DNA of 64,000 bases, from IMG/VR virus record IMGVR_UViG_3300042691_038938; one strand, written 5' to 3'. The stretch comes from a virus. Lineage: Duplodnaviria; Caudoviricetes. The first letter of the stretch is position 1. Each line of letters begins with the position of its first letter. Below the pieces are notes generated by a model. The model was not told the origin of the DNA, did no database searches, and was given only the letters and a program-made list of their open reading frames with translations. The position numbers were made by a program, and so were the translations under genes. Below, one piece after another: positions 32,935-42,927 of the stretch.

Positions 32935-34408
32935 TTTTACCGAAAATATCGACTCTTTAGAGCTAATGGTTTGGAACTTTGTCCTGAATCCCAATAACGA
33001 TTCAAGTGAGCTTCGTCCATCTAACCATGATTCTCTAAGAAGAGAGGAACTGATCACAATGATCAAGCCAAACTATTTTAATGATGACGATCGGTTAGAA
33101 TCATTCAAAGCAGCGTTAAAGTTTTTTAGGGAATATGAAAAGATTCCAAATCGAAAAGAACTAAGAAGCTATTTAGACTTGATCCATGTGAACCTAACAG
33201 AGGATGAGTTTGAAAACCTGTACTCATTCAACCTAAAAGAATACAATTATGACTATCTATATAGTTACGTCAGAGCCTTTATTCTTCTGAGGAATCTAAA
33301 TCTTACTGTTCAGGATCTATTTACTTATTTAAAGACGACTGTGATCGATCCTAAAAACATCGATAAAGTATCAGAAAAAGTTAGGAATGATATTTCAAAC
33401 AAGCTAGCGCTAAACTTTTCTAGTGCAGATACTGGCCTAAACTTCTTTAATCCAGACTCTCACATTCAAATCTCAAAAGAAGGAAGCCCTACCGGTTTTC
33501 CTTTTCTAGACAAGGTGCAAGGTGGTGGCTGGAATTCAAAGTCGCTAGTCGTTTTCCAGGGAAGACCAAAGGTTGGTAAGTCAATGGTATTAGGAAACAT
33601 CGCAGCACGATCCTTTCTTTCAGGCAATGTTACTGGCTTGGTGACAGTGGAATTAGCTGACCGTGCCTACATGAAAAGAATCGGCTCAAACATCCTAAGT
33701 ATCAAATCTGAGGATTATGCAAAGGTGACTGACTCTCAAGCGGCCGTCTTAATTCAACAAAAGATCGAAGAACTTCGTCTTTCTGGTAGACATGTTGGTG
33801 AACTGATAGTAAAGGAATTTCCTACTGGAGGAGCGACTGCTATTGACATTGAGAATTACTTTATTAGACTTGAACAAAAACTAAATAAGAAATTTAAGGT
33901 CATAGTGGTCGATTACTTGAATCTACTTAAACCCATCAACAATCAGAATGGTCTCTATGAAAAGATCAAAGCAATCTCCGAGGAACTTAGAGGAGTCGCG
34001 ATGAGAAACGAATGGTGTATAATCAGTGCCACTCAAATTCGTAGAGAGGACATTGATAACTTTGACTTAGGCATGGATTCAGTCGCAGAGTCCTTTGGAT
34101 TGATCCACACAGTGGACGCCCTATTTGGTCTAATGCGAAGCCCTCTTGAGAGCAGGATGAAGATCAAAGTAATAGCGAATAGAGATAACGGCTATGAAGA
34201 AAGCTATAAGTTCTATACGATGCACAAAGATTACTTTAGGCTTTCTGAAGAGAATGGAGTAAATAGTGAATTCTACAGCGACGACGAAGAAGTTAGTCGA
34301 CTTGCTGATGAATTAAGAAATGAATATTCTGAATTGAATACAAACTCAACGTCACCAGTCAATACCCCATCGGATGATGACTATGACTCCCTATTCAATT
34401 CAATCTAA
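32927..34408 (+). CDS. T4 gp41-like DnaB-family replicative helicase
   Basis: GRPKVGKS, VTVELAD, IVVDYLNLL, SATQIRR, AESFG. Confidence 0.92.
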   Translation: MIDFTENIDSLELMVWNFVLNPNNDSSELRPSNHDSLRREELITMIKPNYFNDDDRLESFKAALKFFREYEKIPNRKELRSYLDLIHVNLTEDEFENLYSFNLKEYNYDYLYSYVRAFILLRNLNLTVQDLFTYLKTTVIDPKNIDKVSEKVRNDISNKLALNFSSADTGLNFFNPDSHIQISKEGSPTGFPFLDKVQGGGWNSKSLVVFQGRPKVGKSMVLGNIAARSFLSGNVTGLVTVELADRAYMKRIGSNILSIKSEDYAKVTDSQAAVLIQQKIEELRLSGRHVGELIVKEFPTGGATAIDIENYFIRLEQKLNKKFKVIVVDYLNLLKPINNQNGLYEKIKAISEELRGVAMRNEWCIISATQIRREDIDNFDLGMDSVAESFGLIHTVDALFGLMRSPLESRMKIKVIANRDNGYEESYKFYTMHKDYFRLSEENGVNSEFYSDDEEVSRLADELRNEYSELNTNSTSPVNTPSDDDYDSLFNSI

Positions 34409-34424
34409 AAATAATCGAACATGA

Positions 34425-34982
34425 ATGACGATAGACGATTTTACAGAAGAATTTGAAAACGAAGAGACCCAGAGTTTTGAGATTCGCGAAGATAAAATAT
34501 TTAACAATAGCTATTATAACGGCGATAAACTAAAGGATTCTGATGAATATGAGTTTTCAAAAAAGATATCAGTCGCATCGGACTACTCAGATAACTACTT
34601 AAAGGACCTTTATGATTATGAAGAGCAGCTAGAATCAAAGTTCATACTTGATGCGATCTTTGATCTATTTCAAACGGACGAGATATTATTAACCTATACC
34701 TCTGCCCTTTCTAAGGACAAGAACTTGCCGAAGGTGAAACTCTCAAAAGAGGACATCAATCTCATCTTCAATACAGTTCATGAAAACTTGGATTTGGCTG
34801 CACATGGAATAAGTTTCTACAGTCCAATTTACATATTGGAAGCAATCTCATCAATCTCTTCAATGGAATATAAAAAGATATTTGATGCCTTGGAAACAGA
34901 CACTCAAGAAATCCTAATAATTGAACTAAATAAGAAATACCGATTCCTAGACGGAAAGATGAACAAAAAAAAGATACACTAA
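34425..34982 (+). CDS. Acidic hypothetical protein
   Basis: 185-aa ORF in the replication operon. Confidence 0.6.
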   Translation: MTIDDFTEEFENEETQSFEIREDKIFNNSYYNGDKLKDSDEYEFSKKISVASDYSDNYLKDLYDYEEQLESKFILDAIFDLFQTDEILLTYTSALSKDKNLPKVKLSKEDINLIFNTVHENLDLAAHGISFYSPIYILEAISSISSMEYKKIFDALETDTQEILIIELNKKYRFLDGKMNKKKIH

Positions 34983-35209
34983 TGACTTGGATAAAATTTA
35001 CTCACACTGGTGGAACTTCATATCTTAATCTTGACCAGTACTATACTTTTGAGGAGACTGCACCCGCAGTTTTGACTTTCTATGATGCTGGTTCAGGATC
35101 GGCCACTAACTACACTTTCTCTTCAGCTTCTGCTTTGGCAACATTTGTTAAGAAACTTGAGAGCCTTTCTAGAGTAATTGATATTGATCAGTTATCTATA
35201 CAAGCATGA
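34982..35209 (+). CDS. Small hypothetical protein
   Basis: 75-aa ORF coupled to both neighbours. Confidence 0.55.
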   Translation: MTWIKFTHTGGTSYLNLDQYYTFEETAPAVLTFYDAGSGSATNYTFSSASALATFVKKLESLSRVIDIDQLSIQA

Positions 35210-36312
35210 CATTAAAAGGAGTTCGCAAAATATTTGTCTTGGGTGATCTTCACCTAGGCGTAAGAAATAACTCGTTAGAGTGGTCGGAAATACAAAGCGA
35301 TTTTCTTCTGGACTTTTTCTTAAAGAAAGTAGATGAAGAAGGATTTGATCCTGAACAGGACATACTCGTACAGGTAGGGGATTGGAATCACGTCAGAGAA
35401 TCTACTAATACTAGAATCTATAAGCTTTCCTTGAAGATTGCTGAAAAGTTGACCTCCAAGTTCAAGAGAGGCGTTTTTGTGATCTTGGGAAATCATGATG
35501 TGTATTATAAAGATCGAACTGATACTCACTCACTAGAGGGATTTGATAAGATTTATGAAAACTTTCACGTATTCGAAGAGCCTGAGACACTGACGATAAA
35601 CTCCCATCGATTCTTAATGATGCCTTGGGTGGAAAACTTGGAAGATCTCAAGAAAAAGGTTTCATCTAGACCAGCAGACTTTGTTTTTTGTCATGCTGAC
35701 ATCAAGGGATTTAGCTTGAATTCCTTTCAAAAGCTTGAACACGGCCTAGAGGGAAAGGACTTGAGTCCATTCAAGAGAATTTATTCAGGTCACATCCACA
35801 TTCGACAAGAGAAGGGTAACGTGCTCTATGTCGGCACTCCATACGAGATGGACAGGGGAGATCGAGGAAACACTAAAGGCTTCTACGTACTAGACGTTAG
35901 CGGAAAAGAGGTTTCTGAAAAGTTCATTGAGAATACAGTATCCCCTAGACACGTAAAACACGACGTGTATGATCTTCTAAACTTAAACTTGGAAGAGATC
36001 GCTGAACTATTTAAGAACAACTTTGTGGATCTTACTATCGAGTCCTCTTTTTCTCAAAGATTTCCAATGTCTCAGTTTACTGAGATGATCAAGGATCTTG
36101 GGCATCGTCGAGCTGAATTTTTCTCCTATTCTAGAGAACAGCTTAAAAAGAACAGTGAGGTTGAGATAGATTCAAGCTATGAGTATAACATCTTTACAAT
36201 ACTAGATGAGAATCTTCGTGAAATGAACCTACCTGACAGTCAGGCATCTCTGATAAGCTCCACATTCAAGGAGATCTATGATTCTTTAAAAAACACTAAA
36301 CAATACGATTAA
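35206..36312 (+). CDS. T4 gp47/Mre11/SbcD-like nuclease
   Basis: GDLHLG, VGDWNH, GNHD, CHAD, SGHIH metallophosphoesterase motifs. Confidence 0.93.
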   Translation: MTLKGVRKIFVLGDLHLGVRNNSLEWSEIQSDFLLDFFLKKVDEEGFDPEQDILVQVGDWNHVRESTNTRIYKLSLKIAEKLTSKFKRGVFVILGNHDVYYKDRTDTHSLEGFDKIYENFHVFEEPETLTINSHRFLMMPWVENLEDLKKKVSSRPADFVFCHADIKGFSLNSFQKLEHGLEGKDLSPFKRIYSGHIHIRQEKGNVLYVGTPYEMDRGDRGNTKGFYVLDVSGKEVSEKFIENTVSPRHVKHDVYDLLNLNLEEIAELFKNNFVDLTIESSFSQRFPMSQFTEMIKDLGHRRAEFFSYSREQLKKNSEVEIDSSYEYNIFTILDENLREMNLPDSQASLISSTFKEIYDSLKNTKQYD

Positions 36313-37979
36313 TGAGGTTACAGGAATTTTCTTATAAGAACATCATATCCTATGGAAACAAGCTTCAGACTTTTAAGTTTGATGACGGTCCTCGCCTCAT
36401 TCTAGTGGAGGGAGAAAACGGTGCTGGAAAGTCTTCTATCAAAGAAGCTCTGACCGTTTCAATATACGGCAGATCAGCTATTCGAAAGATGAAGGATATT
36501 CCAAACTGGATAAATCGAAACGCTTACACTAACGTAAAATTCGTCACTAATTCAGGAGAATCTATCGAAATAGACAGAGGAATCGATCCAAATTTTAGTG
36601 ACATCAAGATAAACGGTGCTCACTTCAATCTTCCAGACAAGAGAAAGGTCGATGAATTCATTGAGGAAGAACTAGTAAAGATCCCATTTACAGTCTTTTG
36701 TAATACAATCTCTCTTTCCTTTGATGACTTTAAGTCCTTTGCTAACTTAAGCAAGGACGATAAGAGAAAGATCATAGACCGAATATTTGGGATAGACATC
36801 CTAAGCGATATGCGAGCTAAGGTCAAGGACAAGCTTAGGGAAAACAAGTCAGAGCTTGACCTTCTTGAACTTGCGACTTCACGAAACGAATCAAATCTTT
36901 CTAATTATCGGGACCAGCTGGATTCCCTAAAGAATAGGCTTGCTAAAAAGAAAGAAGAACTCACTGAGAAGCTTCAAGCAGAGATTAAATCAAAAAAGAA
37001 AGAGGTAGACTCTGCACTACAAAAAAAGAACGATCACCAAACCAAGATAAAAGACAATGCTGCTCTGCTTACCAGTGCAAAACAGGACAGAGATAAGATG
37101 AAATCTTCTATTTCTGATCTTTCCTCTAAGTTAAATCTCTACTCAAAGAATAGGTGCCCTCATTGTCTAAATGACCTTCACTCTGACTCCTCAGTTGAGA
37201 TAAAAGAAAAGATTGAACAGAAATTAGACGCTCTAAAAAAGAGTCTTCCTGATGCTCAGAAGAAGGTGGAAGATCTAGATGAGCTTGCGACTTCTCTTCT
37301 TTTTGATAAAGGCGATATCGATTCAGACTACTTCAATCGAAAGGCTGAACTGAGCGGATTGGAGAACTCACTCGAGGCTGCTCAGGAGACAGACAATCCG
37401 GAAGAAGTGTCTTCAATCACCAAGATCATAACTGATCTAGAGACTCAAATGAAGACTGATCAGAACTCCTCTTACTCTTTGACTGAATCTCGTAATCTTT
37501 ATCTTAGGCTAGACGATCTCCTCTCTGATTCCGGAATAAAGAAATCAATGATCGACAAGATCATCCCTACCCTAAATAGTAGGATACTTGAGATTTCAGA
37601 AAAATTAGAATTTAAGTTTCAATTTGAGTTCAATAATGAGTTTGATCCGGTCATCACCTATTTAGGAATGCAGGTCTCACCAGACAGCCTCTCTAGCGGT
37701 CAGCGAAAAAAGATGAATCTAATCATCCTACTCGCTTTTATTGAGATCATCAAAATGAAACACAATCACATGAACGTGATGTTTTTAGATGAAATCTTTA
37801 GTTCTTTAGACAAGATCAATGTGTATAAAGCGATCGAGATCCTTAAAGAATACGCGATAAAATACAACATGACCATTTTTGTTGTGTCGCATGAAGCTTT
37901 ACCTGAAGAGTTCTTTGATTATAAAATCATGGTGAATCAAGTAGATCATTTTTCTGAGATGGAAATAATTAAAATCTAA
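36312..37979 (+). CDS. T4 gp46/Rad50/SbcC-like SMC ATPase
   Basis: GENGAGKS, CPHC zinc hook, LSSGQ signature, FLDE. Confidence 0.93.
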   Translation: MRLQEFSYKNIISYGNKLQTFKFDDGPRLILVEGENGAGKSSIKEALTVSIYGRSAIRKMKDIPNWINRNAYTNVKFVTNSGESIEIDRGIDPNFSDIKINGAHFNLPDKRKVDEFIEEELVKIPFTVFCNTISLSFDDFKSFANLSKDDKRKIIDRIFGIDILSDMRAKVKDKLRENKSELDLLELATSRNESNLSNYRDQLDSLKNRLAKKKEELTEKLQAEIKSKKKEVDSALQKKNDHQTKIKDNAALLTSAKQDRDKMKSSISDLSSKLNLYSKNRCPHCLNDLHSDSSVEIKEKIEQKLDALKKSLPDAQKKVEDLDELATSLLFDKGDIDSDYFNRKAELSGLENSLEAAQETDNPEEVSSITKIITDLETQMKTDQNSSYSLTESRNLYLRLDDLLSDSGIKKSMIDKIIPTLNSRILEISEKLEFKFQFEFNNEFDPVITYLGMQVSPDSLSSGQRKKMNLIILLAFIEIIKMKHNHMNVMFLDEIFSSLDKINVYKAIEILKEYAIKYNMTIFVVSHEALPEEFFDYKIMVNQVDHFSEMEIIKI

Positions 37980-38044
37980 TCGAATCTTTGTATATTTATT
38001 CAAATCGTGAAACTTTTTTACGATCACTGAATATAATATATAGC

Positions 38045-38281
38045 ATGAAGACAAAGATTCACATCAATCAACATCATATTAGATCTAATAAGACCAGCGG
38101 TACTGATCTTCCTGTTGTGACTATAAAGCAGGGAAAGAAGAACACCTACTGCAATGAAGTGGAGATCATGGGACCTAGTAAAATAGTCTATGGTGGTCAT
38201 GGGTGTGATGCAAAAGCTTTACTTAGTTGTGGAGCTAGAGTAATTATTGAGACTGAAAGCGAAATTAAAATACTAAGATAA
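38045..38281 (+). CDS. Conserved small phage hypothetical protein
   Basis: IHINQHHIRSN...LSCGARVIIET; likely start at 38045 after the promoter at ~38009-38036. Confidence 0.6.
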   Translation: MKTKIHINQHHIRSNKTSGTDLPVVTIKQGKKNTYCNEVEIMGPSKIVYGGHGCDAKALLSCGARVIIETESEIKILR

Positions 38282-38282
38282 C

Positions 38283-39155
38283 ATGATAATCTATCAATCA
38301 AGAGGATTTGCAGAAGTATATGAGGAAGCTCTTTACGATCTAATCAAGCATCCTGAGTATACTACTCAACCTAGAGACATGAAGATCAAGGAGAACTGTG
38401 ACGTTGCTCTAGTAATTGAGGATCCTCTCTCTTGTCTATACACAAATCCAGAAAGGTCTTCCCAATCTAAATACATCGCTGCCGAGCTCCTATGGTATTT
38501 TATGGGCAGAAATGATGTTGAGTACATCTCAAAGTTTGCCAAGTTTTGGGAATCGATCAAAAACGATGATGATACTGTAAACTCATCGTATGGAAACCTT
38601 CTCTTTACTAACAAGAATGAGCATGGGTTAACTCAATATCAATGGGCATTAGAATCATTAGTTAAGGACAAGGATTCACGACAAGCGATCCTGCACTTTA
38701 ACTTGCCTATCCATCAGAGATACGGTAATAAGGATTTTGTTTGCACAGTATATGGGATCTTTCAGATTAGGAACAATAAGCTAAACTTTACCGTTCACAT
38801 GCGCAGCAATGACGTGATCTTAGGTCTTCCGACTGATGTTGCTTTCTTTGCGACTCTGCAGAGTCAGATGTTAAAACATCTAAGACACGAAGGTGGATAT
38901 ACTAATTTAGAGTTAGGCATATACACTCACATCGCGAACTCATTCCACGTTTACGAGAGACACTTTGATCTTGTTGAGCGAATGATCAAGCATAAGTTTG
39001 AGCCGGACTCAATTCCAAAAGTTGAGTGTAACTTAATTAAAACAGATGGCGCTCCGACATCAGCATTCAGTTACCTGTTTGATGTACAGGACAGGATCGT
39101 TGCAGCAACCGGCGATGACCTATTTGATTGGATCCTAACTAATTTGAACTCATGA
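38283..39155 (+). CDS. Thymidylate-synthase-superfamily enzyme, T4 gp42-like dCMP (hydroxy)methylase
   Basis: YIAAELLWY, VNSSYG, DFVCT, RSNDVILGLPTD (Asp at the specificity position), FHVYERHF. Confidence 0.75.
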   Translation: MIIYQSRGFAEVYEEALYDLIKHPEYTTQPRDMKIKENCDVALVIEDPLSCLYTNPERSSQSKYIAAELLWYFMGRNDVEYISKFAKFWESIKNDDDTVNSSYGNLLFTNKNEHGLTQYQWALESLVKDKDSRQAILHFNLPIHQRYGNKDFVCTVYGIFQIRNNKLNFTVHMRSNDVILGLPTDVAFFATLQSQMLKHLRHEGGYTNLELGIYTHIANSFHVYERHFDLVERMIKHKFEPDSIPKVECNLIKTDGAPTSAFSYLFDVQDRIVAATGDDLFDWILTNLNS

Positions 39156-39409
39156 AGAATCACATTAAAAGAATACTGATCACGATAGCTACGCTATCTT
39201 TAATCGCCTTAATATGTAACCTAACCTATGATTGGTCGGGACTGGACAAAAAGTTTGGAATGGAGTTCTCTTTCTTTCAATGGTATGCGATGGTGATACT
39301 CGCGAATCTACTCTTTCCAGGCAAAGACATTTTTAAACAACAAGAAGAAAAAAAAGATGACAACAAAGGACCTAAAATACCACGTGACATACCTTCGCAT
39401 GGCCTCTGA
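39152..39409 (+). CDS. Small membrane protein
   Basis: Two hydrophobic segments. Confidence 0.5.
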   Translation: MKNHIKRILITIATLSLIALICNLTYDWSGLDKKFGMEFSFFQWYAMVILANLLFPGKDIFKQQEEKKDDNKGPKIPRDIPSHGL

Positions 39410-39776
39410 GTGGGCATCACTCTCTTGCTGTAAGCGAAAAAAGGTAGGCGCACTAATCGTTAAGGACGGTACGATAATCTCAGACGGATTTAATGGAACT
39501 CCTAAGGGGTTTCCAAATGACTGTGAAGACGCAGACGGCAACACTCATTGGTATGTTCTACACGCTGAGGCGAATGCCATGCTAAAGGTTGCTCGCTCTA
39601 CTCAAAGCACGGAAGGTGCGACCTTATATGTTACCTACTCTCCTTGTAAAGAGTGTTCAAAGATGATAGTCCAGTCTGGAATCAAGCGAGTGATCTATCG
39701 AGAGGAATACCGGGACCTTTCAGGAGTAAAGATATTAAGAGAGGCAGGAATAGATGTCGTTCAACTTTCAGTGTAA
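39357..39776 (+). CDS. dCMP deaminase
   Basis: VGALIV, GFNGTP, HAEANA, PCKEC. Confidence 0.93.
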   Translation: MTTKDLKYHVTYLRMASEWASLSCCKRKKVGALIVKDGTIISDGFNGTPKGFPNDCEDADGNTHWYVLHAEANAMLKVARSTQSTEGATLYVTYSPCKECSKMIVQSGIKRVIYREEYRDLSGVKILREAGIDVVQLSV

Positions 39777-40198
39777 TGGAAAAGAGAAACATGGACATAA
39801 TATTTGTTAAAGACTATAAGAGCTTCATTCAGAACTTTGGACAGAAAGAAAAGGATAACTACGTTCTAAATGTGAGCAAGTTGATCAAAGATAAATTTAG
39901 CACAAAATTCATAGTCCCAAACAAAGTACAGTCATTTCTCTTAAATTATGAGATAAAAAAGCTGCTAGACAAGGCAATCACGCTAAAGAATGATAAGTAC
40001 ACAAAGATAGTTTACTTGAATTCAAACTTATCCGCTGCTACCATCCTAAACACAATAGATTTTATTGAGGATGAGTACTCAGATTTTAAGTTTTCTTACT
40101 TCTTAGTGAATTCAGAAGAGTTAGGAATTGAAGACCTTGGAGAGTCAGTCAAGATAATAAATGGAGATCAATCGTCTCCCCACTCGTCTCCTAAGTAG
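39776..40198 (+). CDS. Hypothetical protein
   Basis: Likely start MEKRNMD at 39776, coupled to the deaminase stop. Confidence 0.55.
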   Translation: MEKRNMDIIFVKDYKSFIQNFGQKEKDNYVLNVSKLIKDKFSTKFIVPNKVQSFLLNYEIKKLLDKAITLKNDKYTKIVYLNSNLSAATILNTIDFIEDEYSDFKFSYFLVNSEELGIEDLGESVKIINGDQSSPHSSPK

Positions 40199-40935
40199 TC
40201 AACAACGTCTTCTACTTTGTCCTTCCAGCTTTCTGGAAAAAATCCAGCTTCAAACTCATCCCAATTAGGTTCTTCAGAATCCTCTTCTTCATCGTATTCA
40301 TCTTCAGAATAACTCTCTTCGGGATACATTCCTGCATCCATCATGGCCGGTTCTTCGCTTGGATTCATTCCATACCCAAAATAGTCATCGCTAGGATTTG
40401 CACCGGCTTGAATGTTCTTTAACCATTTAAGGTCTTCTTTACTAGGCTGCCCAAACTCAGTAGGAAGCTCGGCAAGCATGGCTTTCATCTCCGCGTCCTC
40501 TTCTCCCTCTTCACCTGGGTTTGCGCCAGCCTCGTAAGATCTTAATTCGTCCTCAATCTCAGATAGAGACTTTTCCTCGTTGACGAATCTTTTGAATGAT
40601 TCATATGATTTACCCTCACTAGTTGGATCGTATTCGATCACAGGAACAGCTGTCCTGTATGGGTCTGTATACTTAAATGGTTTCTTGTTCTCCTGCTTGT
40701 AGACCAAATCGTGAGTCATTGCCTTGTAAGTAGGATTGTACACCTGGTTAGAGAATGCAGGATCCCTTTCAACAGTTCGTTGATAATCTGCTAATTTAGG
40801 ATTCTTGTTGATCTTTCTTCCTCTTTCGTCCCTTAGGGCGATCGCAGAAGAAGGACCTCCGAATCCAGGTTTCTTTAGATCCATGTAGTTATCAAAATCC
40901 ATGATGTCTCTACGATGAGCGTTGAACATTTCCAT
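40168..40935 (-). CDS. Acidic late hypothetical protein
   Basis: Likely start MEMFNAH at 40935, just past the tail tube stop; very acidic C-terminus. Confidence 0.6.
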   Translation of the reverse strand: MEMFNAHRRDIMDFDNYMDLKKPGFGGPSSAIALRDERGRKINKNPKLADYQRTVERDPAFSNQVYNPTYKAMTHDLVYKQENKKPFKYTDPYRTAVPVIEYDPTSEGKSYESFKRFVNEEKSLSEIEDELRSYEAGANPGEEGEEDAEMKAMLAELPTEFGQPSKEDLKWLKNIQAGANPSDDYFGYGMNPSEEPAMMDAGMYPEESYSEDEYDEEEDSEEPNWDEFEAGFFPESWKDKVEDVVDYLGDEWGDD

Positions 40936-40951
40936 CCTCAATCTTAATTTT

Positions 40952-41530
40952 TTATACGATAATCTCGCCGATTCTAGTTTCTCGCCAGTAGTCAGCTCGA
41001 TATGTTGCACTAACTCCAAAAAGAGTGGTTCCTCCAGCATAATCTAGAGAAAGCTCACTCAGCTTAGTCGTCGGAAACACGGATGGAAACTTCCATTCTC
41101 TAAAGATGTCTCCTCGTTTGTTGAATACCACACATGCGATCTCACCAACATACTCTCTCTTGAGTCCTTGTGAACCCGTTTGAGGGTTGTACATGATATC
41201 GTTCCATGCTCTAAGGATGTTGTAAACGTATGCGTCGTTCTCCTCGTTCAAGTTGACTGTGAAGTCTATCACTAGATCAGCAGTCGTCTTGTCAGGAACT
41301 GCTCCAGCGTAGCTTCTACTAGCGAACTTATACTTTTGTTCAACCACTGTACCTGATGACTGGATCTCAGGCAAACCTGTGATCTTGGTCACGTGTTCTA
41401 CTAAAAGAGCAACATTCGGCCCTCCGATCACTGCCGGCGGAGTTATTACCACCTCAAATTGGTTCTGATATATGGGTTCGTAGTAGTTAACTGCTGCTAC
41501 TGAATTGGTCCAATACGGTAAACCTGCCAT
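40952..41530 (-). CDS. Tail tube protein (gp19-like)
   Basis: YEPIYQNQFEVVITPP, LRAWND..YNPQTG, REWKFPSVFP; late promoter at 41551-41557. Confidence 0.85.
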   Translation of the reverse strand: MAGLPYWTNSVAAVNYYEPIYQNQFEVVITPPAVIGGPNVALLVEHVTKITGLPEIQSSGTVVEQKYKFASRSYAGAVPDKTTADLVIDFTVNLNEENDAYVYNILRAWNDIMYNPQTGSQGLKREYVGEIACVVFNKRGDIFREWKFPSVFPTTKLSELSLDYAGGTTLFGVSATYRADYWRETRIGEIIV

Positions 41531-41545
41531 TTCGTAATGATTATT

Positions 41546-42667
41546 TTAGTTATTTATTCGCGGAGAAGGCGGATTCTCATCAGCATCCTCTTCTTCCTGT
41601 TTAGTCTCTAGCTCTTCTCCCTCTTCTGGTTCTTCTACTGGAGTCGTCTTATTTAGATCAGGCTCAAATAGAGAATCAAAGTTGATGGTTGACTTGATTG
41701 CCACCTGAGACGAACGATTTGAATAAGTGTCGATCTGCACGGCGTCTCCTTTGAATTCCAATGATAAGGAAGGTAGAATAGTCTTGAATATCTGCTCATT
41801 CACGTTCTCAATCGGATCGTACACGATGATCTTAGAGATCGGTGGCTCACTCTTTTCGTCAATGATAAAGTTGTTAGTGAGTCCGCCAGACACAGCCACA
41901 CTGAAGCCCTCCCAGCTGTTTATCTCAGCTCCATCCAAGGTTGTCACCATTCCAGTAGAAAGCTTAAGAGTCACTCTAGGATTACCTGAATCTATACCGC
42001 TAGTCGAGACCTCACGTAAGACAGTTCGATTTGTGGTGAACCTCACGCTGAATCTAGTTCCACTAAAGTATCGATCATTTAATTCCTTTCTTTGGGCTGC
42101 AGTCAGGTAAGTTGTTCTTGCGGATTCTCCTATAGGTTTAGGTAATCCTTTTTGTCCAGGATTTAGTTGGTCTTGGCCCTTGTCTAATTGAGGCTGACCT
42201 TGATCCAATTGACCTTGACCGGCATCCAATCCTTCTTGTCCTTTACCCAATCCTTTTTGAGGTTCAGGCAAACCTGGTACTTCAGGATTCTTAGGTTCTT
42301 CGGGTTCTTCGGTTTTTTCAGGTTCAGTCTCCGGAGGCAAAGGTTCTCCTGCAATCACTGCTTCGAAAGCCGCAGCATAATCAGGATTGATCCTTTTCTT
42401 GATCTCCTCGTTTGCCAAGTCAATCTTTCTCTTTAGGAGATTTACCTCGCTTAGGATAACATAGGTCAGGGTAGCATAGCCTTCTTGAAATTTCATGTCA
42501 GGAAAGGCGTCCACTTGATGTAGCCTAGCCGAAACATCCTTCTGGTCAAAGACGGTTTCTCCGTCAACTATTGCCCACAAAAGGTCATAGCTTAGGATTG
42601 CCTGGAAGATGAATCCTCCGTCCCTAAGTCTGATTTCGTCTGATTCTGCCTCAAATATGCTATCCAT
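41546..42667 (-). CDS. Late hypothetical protein with Pro/Glu and GQ-repeat linker
   Basis: PEEP/GLPEP and 7-aa GQxQLDx repeats. Confidence 0.6.
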   Translation of the reverse strand: MDSIFEAESDEIRLRDGGFIFQAILSYDLLWAIVDGETVFDQKDVSARLHQVDAFPDMKFQEGYATLTYVILSEVNLLKRKIDLANEEIKKRINPDYAAAFEAVIAGEPLPPETEPEKTEEPEEPKNPEVPGLPEPQKGLGKGQEGLDAGQGQLDQGQPQLDKGQDQLNPGQKGLPKPIGESARTTYLTAAQRKELNDRYFSGTRFSVRFTTNRTVLREVSTSGIDSGNPRVTLKLSTGMVTTLDGAEINSWEGFSVAVSGGLTNNFIIDEKSEPPISKIIVYDPIENVNEQIFKTILPSLSLEFKGDAVQIDTYSNRSSQVAIKSTINFDSLFEPDLNKTTPVEEPEEGEELETKQEEEDADENPPSPRINN

Positions 42668-42918
42668 TACTTGCGATCTCTGACTCGTTTATAGTTTTTC
42701 CAAAGCTCATTATAGATATTACATGAGGCGCCTAAGAAGTTGATGATTCCAACAAACTTCTTTTTTTCTTCGCCCTCCATGTTAGCGACCTTTACTCCAA
42801 TCTTCTTGGCGTCATTAACTGTGAGTTCCTCGTCCTCGTCCTTACCTACTAACTTCTTTAGATCGCCCTTCTTTTCTAATAGAGCATATCTTTGAAAGCT
42901 TGTGATTGCTCTCTTCAT
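42667..42918 (-). CDS. Small late protein, putative internal head protein
   Basis: MKRAITSFQRYALLE tag. Confidence 0.55.
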   Translation of the reverse strand: MKRAITSFQRYALLEKKGDLKKLVGKDEDEELTVNDAKKIGVKVANMEGEEKKKFVGIINFLGASCNIYNELWKNYKRVRDRK

Positions 42919-42927
42919 CGGTTTAGA

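Noticed and set aside
38283-39155. Ordinary thymidylate synthase thyA
   Set aside because: It lacks PCH and the PFN Asn; the motifs follow T4 gp42, so the thyA symbol was withheld.
40936-41040. N-terminal extension of the 40168 ORF (and similar extensions at 39653, 37988, 30099, 29577, 61469)
   Set aside because: They overlap neighbouring genes or promoters; internal ATGs fit the gene coupling better.
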